A stretch of DNA of 64,000 nucleotides from Phoronis australis (taxonomy: Eukaryota; Animalia; Phoronida). Location of the stretch: the NCBI GenBank assembly GCA_002633005.1, contig NMRA01000054.1:438952-502951 (forward strand). The letters run 5' to 3'. The notes under the pieces are model-generated. The model did not search any database. It saw only the letters and a list, made by a program, of their open reading frames with translations, and was not told where the DNA came from. The translations under genes and the position numbers were made by a program. Below are positions 35,801 to 47,800 of this stretch, one piece after another (positions within the stretch are counted from its first letter, which is position 1; each line of letters opens with the position of its first letter).

Positions 35801-38800
35801 TTGTCAATGTATGTGGTTAACATAAACTGCTCTTTGCAATAAACACAATTCAAAAATTGGATACTAACGCCCTTTGTTTTTGAAAATATGAATTTATTTT
35901 GAATAAACAGTTTTTTGGAAAAACATTCCGAATCTTCTTCCCATAGGATATTTCAAGGTTTCTGATACTTTTCCACCTTTTTTATCATGCAGTATAAAAA
36001 CTTGAGGGAAGATCTGGGGTCATTTGTAAGCAAGTAATATATACCTTGTGTTAAAATGAGACTGTGACTTTAATTTAGAAAATCAATATTGTCTGCTTGT
36101 TGATCCTCTTTATGGGTGTGTTGGAGGCCACAGATGTCTTGAATAAAATGATTTATAAGTCCCATCGATTTTCATAATCTATAGCTTAAGCTTGTGAATT
36201 TAGAGGAGTGTTTTGGTAGATAAACTTCTGTTTCTCTATCAAGAATTCAGTTGTTGTATGGCTTGGAAACATTTAATTTTTCAATGGTGTGTGCCAAATT
36301 TTAGAGCATTGAGCTGCAGTCAGCTGTTCAAATGCCCCTGAACAATCAACAGGTTTTGGTTCACATGGCAGTTAGGTTACACATGTTGATAGGTTGACCT
36401 GTTTGTGTCACACAAACACTGTGATAATTTTTGTAAAATCTAACTGTCTCATGACACTTTCGCTGGCTAAATTTAATAGTGACAGATTTGTGATACTTTT
36501 AGTTGAAAAATTATCCCATGTTTTGAAAGTCAAATAGACTTTGAGACAGTTTGAGTCTGTACTTTGCTCATGGTGTCATTCATTATTATTAAAAACTACT
36601 TAAAGTTATGTTGTGCTTATCATGTGTTTTTTGCATGTGATAACTTACAAGTCTAAGTTCACCTCAAGTTCACTAACACAGCATCAATGCAGACAGTAGT
36701 CTGTTCAATCTCAATGATCAACAAATTGGACTCTGCCCACCCTTGAGGTGCATGCCAGGTTACATAACCAGGGCTGAACTGAGTAAAAATATGATATGTA
36801 TGTTACCTGTCAATTGGTGGCATTAGTTATCAAGACAATTGTGCTGTACTTAAGTTTTCTGGGTAACTAATCTTATGGTTTCATTTTGATTCAACAAGTT
36901 TCGGTTGTTAAGTGAAAAGAGGTTTCAGTCAGGTAAACTGAAACTAAAAACTGCCCTGTTGACACAGCTTCAGGTGTCTTTGAGCTAGTACCAACTATCT
37001 CCTTTGAACTTAGTCCATAGGTCCATGCAGAATCTGTGTCAGGGCCCATGGTGTGGCCTTCTTCAGTATGATGTTTTCCATAATGTATTCTTCAAGCCAT
37101 GTATTCTTTGCCCCTTGGTATAGATTATAATTGATCACACAGTACACCCACTGAAGGGGACAGCTGTTTACACAGCCAGGATTAATGTTGACTTCAATAT
37201 TGATAACTCACTGGCACACAGATGTAGTTTATAACAAACCTGACCTTTAATGAGCTTGCAGTATAGGGGTAGACCTTCACTGGCAGCCTGTTACCATGCT
37301 ATTATTCAACTGTGTACAGTATAGTTACAGCTGATTATTATAGTTACAGAGGGAAGCATGTCAATTTGATGACACTGTTGGAAAGCTAATTAAAATTTTG
37401 AATTGAGGGAACCTGTTTGGGTATTGTGCTTATGTATATAGTGGGTAGGGTTGGGGTTTCCTAACTCAAGACAAGCCATTGCATAAGTAAATACTTGGCA
37501 TCTCATTGTTCAGTTGCTGTCTATTGTTAATATTTGATGCTGAAGCTAGCAGGCTCCCAGTTTTCTACCATAATGGTACGAAACAGTAATTCCGACATTT
37601 CACAGTACTTTTTTATTCCAAAGTTATGTTTAACTACAAATAACTTTTTCGCTTAGACCATTATGGCCGTACAATAAATTTGTTTGTCAAAATTTTCAAA
37701 AACTGTAAGTTAGAAAAATTTACTTTGTGTTATGAAGTTGTCATGGTGAAATTCTGAGTGCGTTCAGCGATGCAGTAGACTTTTGAAGAATGCAATATGA
37801 TTCCGCGTTTTTGTGTAACTTTTAGGAAACTCTACCTCAACAAAAGTCCGTAGTGATTGGATTTGTCTGAATCAAAAAGTTTGAAACTGGTGTTGGATCA
37901 GTGAATTAGGAGGTGGCATTATGGACTAGTGGGTTGAGTGTCTGTCTCCTGGCCACAAGGTCATAGGTTCAAACTCCTCTGGGATACACTGTTAGAGCCT
38001 GGAGTCAGGTTTCTTGCTCCTCAACTCTGTCTTGATTCGTGCACACTAAAGTTTTCTCTAATTTAAACTAAAGTATTGGCCGAAATTTTCATTTTTCAAA
38101 CATTTACAGTATTTGCCAAAAACGTTGAATTGTTCATTGTGAGTTAGTTGTTGACAGTCATTCTTAATGTAAACATTCAATTAATGAAGTACAATAGTCT
38201 TATTTACTCTTGTTCATAACTTTGATAAAATAAAATTTTACTGTTCTGCTAAATTATGTTCCAATTTGAAGAAACTGTTTCATGCATATACATGTCTGTG
38301 TCTATTAATAAAATTTTTTTTTGGATGCTTGGTGCAATGGGCCCAACACACATCTGAAAGAACCTGTTTCAGACCACCTGCACTATTTCTTTACAGTATC
38401 AGAAATAAATTGATGAGCCTTGGATTTGTGTTTAAATACATGGGGCCTATTCTGTTGTAGGAACAGTATGGTATGGACTCAGACACATGGTTTGACAGCC
38501 TATTTGAGGAGGATCCTGTACTTAATGACAGGATGATCACAGAGGCAGCCAACCCGCCTCACATCAAGTCTGAACACAGCTACTCTATGGCCAATGGCGG
38601 ATGTAACCCTGGATCACCTATCACCACCAAAGCCGAAGGTATTTATAGTTTTTTATAAACATATCAAACATTTTTTCTCCAATAAAGGCTTTAAGTTCAT
38701 CGTGCAAAAACAATATCTAAAAATGCTAATACAAGGTACTCAATTACGAGGATGAAGGGTGTAGAATACATACTTAATTTGTTTTTTTTTTGTCCTGCAT

Positions 38801-41800
38801 TGGTACACCCAGCATTGGTCCTGGTCGTAATAGTGATTATAGGTAAATACGTGAGTGAGAGGATGACTGTTGTACAGAGATGACCCTATTAACGGTATGA
38901 TAAAGAGTTACTGATTGATCTCCACCTTCCTGTGACATCACCAGAGAGGGAGTCCTTAGGTGCACGAAAAGCACACTGAATTGTGTTCCACGTTCTCGAC
39001 ATTGTGCAAAACCTGTCTTGTTTTCAATATTGTGTTGGCTGAGTCATTAATTTAAAAGAAAAGTCAAGTGGCCAATTTCAAGTGACTGTTTTAACAGTTG
39101 GTTCCTATAGCAACCCTCTCTGAGTTTAGGTGTCACACAATTTCTAATTGAACCAGACATTCACATGTCTGCCATAAACCTGGTTTATTCAGGTTTATAA
39201 CCTCACTTATAAGTCCCAAGCCAACTGCACTGTATACAAGTTGATTTGGTTATGACAAACTTCGATTACGATGAGCATAGAAAGGTCTCCGGAGACTTTA
39301 CCATCCATGATTATTTATTATTCATTTATTTATTGATAATTACCAGTACACATTTATTGCTTCTTGTGAATGTCATTTGTATAGTGACTGTCTTTGTGAC
39401 ATCTCTCTGTCAATGAGATATTACTCTCCATCATTACCAGATCTGGACATGGACATGCTGCTGACCACCACATGCAAAATGGAATCCAACACGCAAGTCA
39501 CACCCACTCTGTCCATCAAGGCGGAGCCACTGTCTACTTCCATGGAGACAACTTACGTTACCCAACCCACAATCGTGCTGGCCACGACGACAACACGCAC
39601 TATGCCGGCGATGGCAAGGAGAGACTACACGGTGCTTCCTCAGGTGGACATCAAGGTAGAACCACAAGATTTTGATGACACCAGCGATAGCGTGGAGTCT
39701 GAAATGATAGGTAAGTTGACTGATCATGCAGGTATACAATCATAACAGCATGCAGGAACAGGAAGTCAGCATGTGGGCTCTTGATAAAATTTATGTGTTA
39801 AAGCTGCATTTCGCCCTATTTAGCTGGCTAAAAATGAAAGTGGGATTAGGCATTTTACTGTCGTGAACTTGGTCTCATAATGTTCATTGTCCGACTATAC
39901 CGTAGTTCCAGGCAATACGTGCATGCACCATTTTCAAAGTTGCAATTTTAGGCCTGTCCCAATCGAAGCATTTTCTTGAATCATTGATGGTTTTTGATGT
40001 TCTTTTTGGAAACGAAAGTAGAGTGCTATCACAAATTTATTTCGCCGAGTAAAAATCACTTCTCATTCAAGTTAAGTATATTAAGTTTAAGCCAATTTTA
40101 AAGCAGTACGGGGTCTAAATCAAAATTTAGTTTCTTTGATGGAACACTTGTATAAGAGAAAGCTCACAACAGGCACACATGCTTATCTGTGGATGTAAGC
40201 ATTCACACTTTCTCTTGCATTGCTACTTTAGATCGTGAGTATACATGAAAAATGCATCATCTATCTGCGTAGTTGGTTTTGCTTCAATACGGTGTAGATT
40301 GCGTGATTACGATTGGGTAATTATTGGTATAAATATTCAGTCCTCAGCTGGTCTGTGTGTGAAGCATTGCCTAGTGTCTAAGGTGTGGCTATTCACTATT
40401 GTTTTGGATTGCAAAAGCCTTGGAACCTTTTGATTTTGTAAAGCGGAAATTCTACTGCAACATAAATATAACTGGCAGTGCCCATGTGAATCCAATTATG
40501 TTTTAATAGCGGATTTGCAGCGACGCCATATTGAAATTAGGTTAAAATGGTGCATTGTGGGTGCTGTGGTCAGGATTCCGAAAGCGGCCATAGTAACAAG
40601 CATAATACGCGCCGGGTATGAGCGCGAAGAAAACTTACGGCGGATACACTTGTGTTCCTGGCTGCTTCAAAAACAACAAGACAGATAAAAATCTGAGTTA
40701 TTATGTGTTCCCTGCAAACCAAGAACTTTGTGAAAAATGGATAAACAACATTGGGAGAGCTGGGAGTAAGGGGAGATTTAGCCAATTCAAACCAACGCAG
40801 GGCTATCTAGTACTGAGGCAACACGTAGCCCCTCGGTTGGCCATATAGGGGCTACAATACTCCCATTCGCTTTCTGTACTCATTTCGTTACTTCAGTGTA
40901 TTTTAAATGGGCCGTGACCGGATTTGGGTTACCGATTTCGAGTTTTCACCTCGTCAAAAATACATTCTACACTTAAAACAATCATTTAAAAAAACGCTTA
41001 TTTCATCATTGGTCCTTTGTACTTCAACACATATCTTTGATGAAGCTTAGTTGTGAGAATTAAGTTGACTTTGGCGAAGAATTACAACTCCACTTTTTTG
41101 GTTGCCGTTAATTTTATCACCGCGTGAGCCACTATAACCACAAAGCATGTCAACTGAATCACTTGAGTTAAGCAAAGATTAGCGCGAGACTGTGCGAAGC
41201 GCGTGACGCGGCTAGCGCGTGACGCTAGTGCGCGACACTTGTAAAATAGCTTGAGAAGGTATCGGGTGAAACTTGTAAGATGTGTGTCCCTTGGACTTTT
41301 TGTTCGTCAACATGCGTAATTTCACTAACTTCCTCAAAATCAGATGCCACCCGGTAACTGAGAGAAACTCGAGCAAACCGCGACAGATTTTCATCGATTT
41401 GTTCAAGTTTTGCTGACTAAATTGTATCCAGAGTCGTGGTATGTGTTAATTATAACTCCGTGTTCCTACATGTATGGTTCATTTGATTTTATTTGCTGTA
41501 TTTTGAAATGAGTAACTTTTTGTGAGGATGTACTATCGCCCCTGAATGCCTGCGGCATCCAATGCGATGTAATTCAGTGCCTAGGGGCCATCGTGTGTGC
41601 AGCGAACATTTTCCTGGTGGAAAAAAGACGTATGAGAACAACATTCCGACGGAGTTTCCTCTTAAAATTAACGTCTCTAGCATATCCACGGCGAAAGCAA
41701 AATTAAGCAACCCAAGAACTCTCAACTTGTCTGAAACCGAACATGACGACAGTTGTGCCCTCGGTCACACGGTCACTGATCATAGCTACGCTGTGTTTAC

Positions 41801-44800
41801 AAACGAGAGAGAGGACTTGCTTGGTATTATAAAGCAAAAAAATGAAACATGGTTTTTAGTTTGCAAATCACTCCAAATGCACACACTATCCAGCCTGCTC
41901 AAGACATTCCTGTCCACAAGCTATCCCATGAGCCTTCGCGCAGGAAGTAACTCCCACATGCGCAATGCGTAGTTCGTTCGCGCTGCAAATCCGCTATTGA
42001 ATAGGTGCACCCATTGAGTGTTAATAGATAAAGGTTGTGATGAAGATATAGCCATTAATCCCATTTTTAACGCTTATACAAATTCGTTTTGTGCAAAATG
42101 AAAAATGAGAGACTGATGTTTTTAAAAGCCGTTTTGTTTAAAATGGCTGAATCATAATCCTGGTTAACTGTCTGCATGGTGTCTGCAGTCACCAGCATGG
42201 GTAACATGTGACAATTATATCTCATGATCGATTAACATATGTTTTCTAAGCAAAGGTTAGTGAAAATTTGTGTCTGGATTTTTATTGCATGAGTGAATAT
42301 TGGCTAGTATTCTTGGTAGTTGGCATCAACTTTGATAAGCTGAAGAATGTCCTTCCTGGTAAACTCAAATAGAGTGTTTGTCAGGAAGAAGCTAATTCAA
42401 CTGGAAAGACTGAATTGAGTGTTTGTCAGGAAATATGACCTTGAGGCTACTTGTATCCATCATGTTGGTCTAGGTATTTAGTTTAACTGTAAGCTGTTAG
42501 TGAAAAGTAGTTTTCAAGTGCAGTTTGGAAACTTTATTAATTTACTAAAATGAGTATTTGTATTTGTATTTGATTGGTTCCAGCGTGTATGAATAATTAA
42601 ATTTTCCTTTTTCGACTATGCCTTTTTCCTCAGCTGCTAAACATTAATAACATTCAGTAAAGAAATTGGGCGCATGTGTAGATCATGGAGACTGTATTTT
42701 TCTTAATTGTGGCTTTGACTTGTGTCAATTTGTGGTTTTCTGTCTGAACAGGTCAGACTTAAATGAGGGGTTGTGCAATAACCCCCCCCCCCCATTGGCA
42801 AAGGATTTTATATAGCATAATTTTATCCAATACTAAATAAATTTGAAGTGGTCAAAACTCAAACTTATGAATTAGAAGTGAATACGTCTTAAACAGCTTA
42901 TGGTAATCTACGCAACTGTCTCAGTGTCTCACACAAGGATATCGTACAATTTTTCATCTTTGTATTGTTATGGATCATACAGTAAATTATATCTTGAATG
43001 TACTTAATGCTAACTTAGTTCTACTGTATGACAGATTGGTCTGTAAACTTTGACCCATTAACTGGCTGTGCAAACTTCAGTACAATGACCAATTGTGACC
43101 CTTAGACAGAGGCTGCATGTGACCTCTGGAGTGACCTCTGGAACTTTCACAATGTTCTCTTGTTTCAAGTTCAGTTACAATTTCCCACCTATTGATTGGC
43201 AGAGCACAGGTCTGGGTTAATATGCGGTTTCCTGCACACTTTGCCAAGTGGGACAGAATACAAGTGCACCCTGTTACACAGGTGGTGTTGGTTTATGTAT
43301 TAGTCTGACCTATAGACAAGTGCACTAAATTTGACCTGTGTTTGTTTCAGCTGCTTATGATAGCCTACCACCTACGCCTCCTAGCAGCAGTGGTAGTGAC
43401 AGTGAGGGGGGTCAGAGCCCCAGCCGGTCACCTCCGTCCAGTCCGCTGCGAGTACCACCCATTTCTCGCCAAATAGCTAAGCCTGTGTCAGCGGCCAGCA
43501 ATCTATCTAACCCTGCAGCCATCTACTCCACTCCGGTAAGTAGGAGGGAGCTTGTTATGTTGTGTTGACCTTTTTGTGGCACGGCCACTCTAAAATTAGA
43601 TGCAAATGATATGTAATATCAAATGTTTTTTGCTGTTTTGTTTCAAGCAGTGAACGATTAACGTGGAAGACATGCATTCTGGATATGATTGAGTATTTAG
43701 ATTTTTCAATTGCCTTAATTTACTGTGTTGTATACACAATTGTTTTTGTCTGAAATTGGTAAAATTCTACACTGTGTTGTATGTTTTTGGAAATTTTTGA
43801 ATAAAGCTTTTTTATTTGTGGTAAGTAGGACTCTACACTAAGAGAGGATGTCCATCCTGTGGAGTTCAGTGAATGGATCGCTATGTCTGGAGTGAAAATA
43901 GGTTCAAGCTGCATTTCGTCATGGCTGAAAAACGAAAATTCGAATTGAGCCGTTCACTCTTTATAAAATCAGCCTCGTATTGTTCCTGATCATGATGGGA
44001 TTCTATTTATTTACCAGTCTCCGGCAATGCATACATGTGCCATTTTTGAATTTGCAAGTTTAAGGTTGACTGATCCCAATAAACTGTGAAGCTGTTTCTT
44101 CAGTCACTCATGGTTTCAGTCAGTCTTATGAGAGACATAAATAGAACCGTCACAGGAGTACCACTGTAACGAATATTATGAGACCCATTTTAGAAGAGTA
44201 AAAGGCCTAATTCAATTTTCGTTTTTATCCAGCTTAACAGGATGAAATTCAGCTTTAATTTTGCTTCACATCAAAGCCCGTGATTATAAGTAACCGTCGC
44301 ATTTTAGATTCCTCAATCGGGTGTGCTGGTTTTAACTGAGGAAGAGAAGAGAACTTTGATATCGGAGGGATACCCCATCCCCAACAAGTTGCCTCTCACC
44401 AAACAAGAAGAGAAAAACCTGAAAAAGGTCCGCAGGAAAATCAAGAACAAAGTAAGAATGTCAAATTTATGGTCGAACCATTTCATCACTGAAATAAAAT
44501 CTGTGCACACGTTAAGATTGCAAATTCAAATAGATTAACAGATGTGTATGGTATCTACATTTAGACTGAATTAGTAAACACTTTGTTGTTTGTGTTGTGG
44601 TATGAGTGAGTTTTGGTTGAAACATTCTATGTATCATGAGATGAGATTGTTGAAAGTTATGTTATTGGTTTAACGGAGATTTGATAGCGTTATTGTCATT
44701 CTCAAGTCACTTTGCGTTAAGTGCTCGTTCTAATATATGTCAAATTTATTTGCTAAACTGTGGTCAAAATGTTTTCTGACAGTTAAATTCTCAGCACCTT

Positions 44801-47800
44801 TACTAATTTACCCAATTTCCTAGATTTCAGCCCAAGAAAGTCGACGAAAAAAGAAAGAATATTTGGAATGTTTAGAGAAAAGGTGGGTCTTTAAGCTGTT
44901 TGGTTATTGGTTAAAACTAGGAGCAGATGCTTTTATTATTGATCTGTTCCTATTTTTCTTTTTCATTTAAAGCCACTATTTTTTAGCTGGTGCCAGGCAA
45001 CTGGTGAAAGCAGCTGTGCTGGATTATGACCAGGGGGGGTCAACAATGGATAAACAGTGAAGGTGTTTTAGGCAGTGCCATTGCATTATTAGCTAGCAGG
45101 GGGTATGCACCTCTTGTGGGTATGCTATGGTTGTCTGCTGGTCACAGGTTATTAACAACTTTAAACAGATAAAGTTGGTCTTTGGCGCCTTCCTCTGCAA
45201 ATGAGCATTGTGACAGCAACATTATTTGTTACATTGAATAACAACAGCATCACACCATCACATGTCACCTTGCTATTGTTGAGCAATGCACTTGACGTTA
45301 TACAACAATCAAAGTTATCCAGTGTATAAGTTCTAACACTTTGCCCCAGCAAAGTTATGAGGAAGGATTCTGGTTAACTCAGCATACGGAGGGAACATAG
45401 CAGTGTCAGTGGTGAGTCTGTGTGTTCACCCTGCATGGTTGTTTATAATGTCCTGCTTTTTTCTCCAGAGTGGAGCAGTTCTCACAGGAAAACACTGACC
45501 TGAAGAAGAAAGTGGACAATCTGGAGTCCAACAACCAATCGTTGTTGTCCCAGCTGCAGAAGCTACAGTCAATGGTGGCGCGGTGTCCCCGCCCGTCTGC
45601 CACGTCCACGCAGGCCAGTACTTGCCTTATGGTAAGTGCCCTCCCAGCTACAGAATGCTGTGCAATAAAAAATTGCCTTTAATTAAATGAGGTTGATTCA
45701 ATCCACATATCTCCTCGTGTATTAAAACCTGTAAAAACAATAAGGTTGATGTAGTGGTGTTATGGATTAACTCTGCTCTGGTGTTTCCTCTATTAGAATG
45801 TGTAATGTGACGGCGTTTCCTATATGTGGTGCAGATTATTCGTGTTCCCTTCTTAACGTCAATCACTCATGAAATCAGTACCTATTTACGTGTTCTCAGC
45901 TCACTGTGTAGAGAAATTGTTACCGTGATAGCAGAGATGTCTCAAGTGTCGTTTTGACATCCAGAATTCTCAATTCCTGAAAACGCACCAAAATTAGTGA
46001 GATGTTTTAGTGCAAAAATTTTTCAGTTTTTTGTCGCTCTTGTTTTCTAGTGTAGAAAATCTTCCCCAATGGTATATAGACTAGCATAATTTACCATGAT
46101 CATTGGGTCTCTTCACAGGTTCTTGTGCTTTGCTTTGCCGTGTTTGTTGGCAGTTGGTCGCCCACTTCGTTCAACATAGGTTACAGCAGTGTGGTGTCCA
46201 CACCAAGTGTTGTCAAGCAGATGGGACCCCCAACGCCAGTAGGACCACATATCGCCAACTCTAAGGCAGACCCGTACACTACCCCCAGCAGTGAGTGGAA
46301 TGCAACATTGTTATAATGTAGTTGTAAAAGGTTTTGAGGCTATGAAAGACCCTAGAAAAATGGCAAAATTGGCTAATTTCGGAAAATCATGTCAGAAATT
46401 AACGATCGGATTAAAATATGAGCACAGCCCCAGAAATCACTTTTACATTATATCCAGGTTCTCATTCACCCCCCTTGCATACATTCAGTAGTAAGACCGT
46501 GCTCAGAGGAGTAGAAGACACCTTTGTGCAATGCTGGATTGTCACCCAGTAAAGCCATGATTCGAACCCGGGTCTCGCCAACAGGAATCCTGTGCTTAAG
46601 CCACTGAGATACACTTTCTCTCTGATCAGATTCAAATGAAAATTATCAGGTATCATGCGTGCATTGTTCTCCAAAATGTTGTTAGGAATTCTTTTTGAAA
46701 TGTAGATCTACAATTTTCATGGAAGTTCCCGAAATGAAAATGTATTTTATAAAACTGTAACAGTGTTTATAAGATCTCATCATGTTATGGATTCCATTGT
46801 TTTCCTGTGAATGTACTTTGAAATTTCTGTTGCCAAATTTTACTATAAAGGATGTGGTCACATGATCCAATCAATGTCAGATTGGTAAAAAGTCAGAAAT
46901 CTAGTTCAACAAGCCTTTTACTTCCACTGGGACTTGTCAATAAGGTCCGGTATAACCTCAAAACTGAAAGCTTTACCCGAGGCCTAATTTGTAAGAGTAT
47001 TTCATGGAAATTTTGCCACTCGTGCCATGAACTGGGCCTAAAATGTTAAGTTGTTGAATTTACTGCCCCATGTACTGTATGTGTTGCATGTCACTGGTGG
47101 AATACACTTTGGTGTAAACTAGGCCAATACATTGTGTATTCATCAACTTGGATTTCAACTCCTGTTGAATCTAAGTTATGGTAATTCGTCTCCTATTTAA
47201 CACACAGTATGGCTGACAAAGTTAATTCTATTTTGCCAAATTTCTTCACAAAAGAGAAAAAAATGTCAGTCTATTATTAGCATGTTTTGTAGTGTGTAGA
47301 TGTTGTAAAACAACATTTGGTATTAGTTTCCATCGCTCGCAGCAAGATAGTCAGCCTTAGAAAATTGAAAAATAACAGTTTTAGCATAAATTTTTGTGGG
47401 AAATAGTGGACAATTGCCGTACATAGATGATGCTGAAAATACTCCGTTTTGGAATGATCTAAAATATTTATTTGGTGCAGAAAGAAAACAAAAAGCAGCA
47501 AAATGATATTATATGAAAGAATTCCAATTATGCTATATGTATTTTAGTGCGTTCCCGTGTGTTGCTGGCTATGTGTGATGAAAGTGAAGAGTCCAAGTAC
47601 TACACTCCATATGGTCCCTACGTCCCTTATGGAATGGATGTTCCTGAACAAAAACAAGCAGAGCCAGTTGATCACATGTCTGAGGAGTCTGCAAATGAGC
47701 AAAGGGAAGCGACCCCTGTTGTTGTCATCAAGGCTAATCTGGAAACTCTGGATGCCATCGCCAAGGAATCCAATAAGACAATAGAACTTCTTCATCTGGA

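Larger units (their letters stand above)
40508..41995 (+). mobile_element. ISL2EU/PHIS-like THAP-domain DNA transposon, internally deleted and interrupted
   Basis: Perfect inverted repeat AATAGCGGATTTGCAGCG (40505-40522) / CGCTGCAAATCCGCTATT (41981-41998), read as AT|AGCGG...CCGCT|AT with an AT TSD; encodes a THAP zinc finger but no DDE domain. Confidence 0.8.

Noticed and set aside
37912-37990. tRNA gene (also 46550-46616 on minus)
   Set aside because: A and B boxes are present, but acceptor and anticodon stems do not pair; treated as SINE heads.
40574-40803. Exonisation of THAP into CREB3L via the GGTCAG acceptor at 40573
   Set aside because: The phase would match exon 3, but in-frame TAG TAA stops lie before the THAP ATG and the polypyrimidine tract is poor.
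40804-41588. Insertion as a spliceable intron of the THAP ORF
   Set aside because: No register of the junction gives GT/GC...AG ends that restore the frame.
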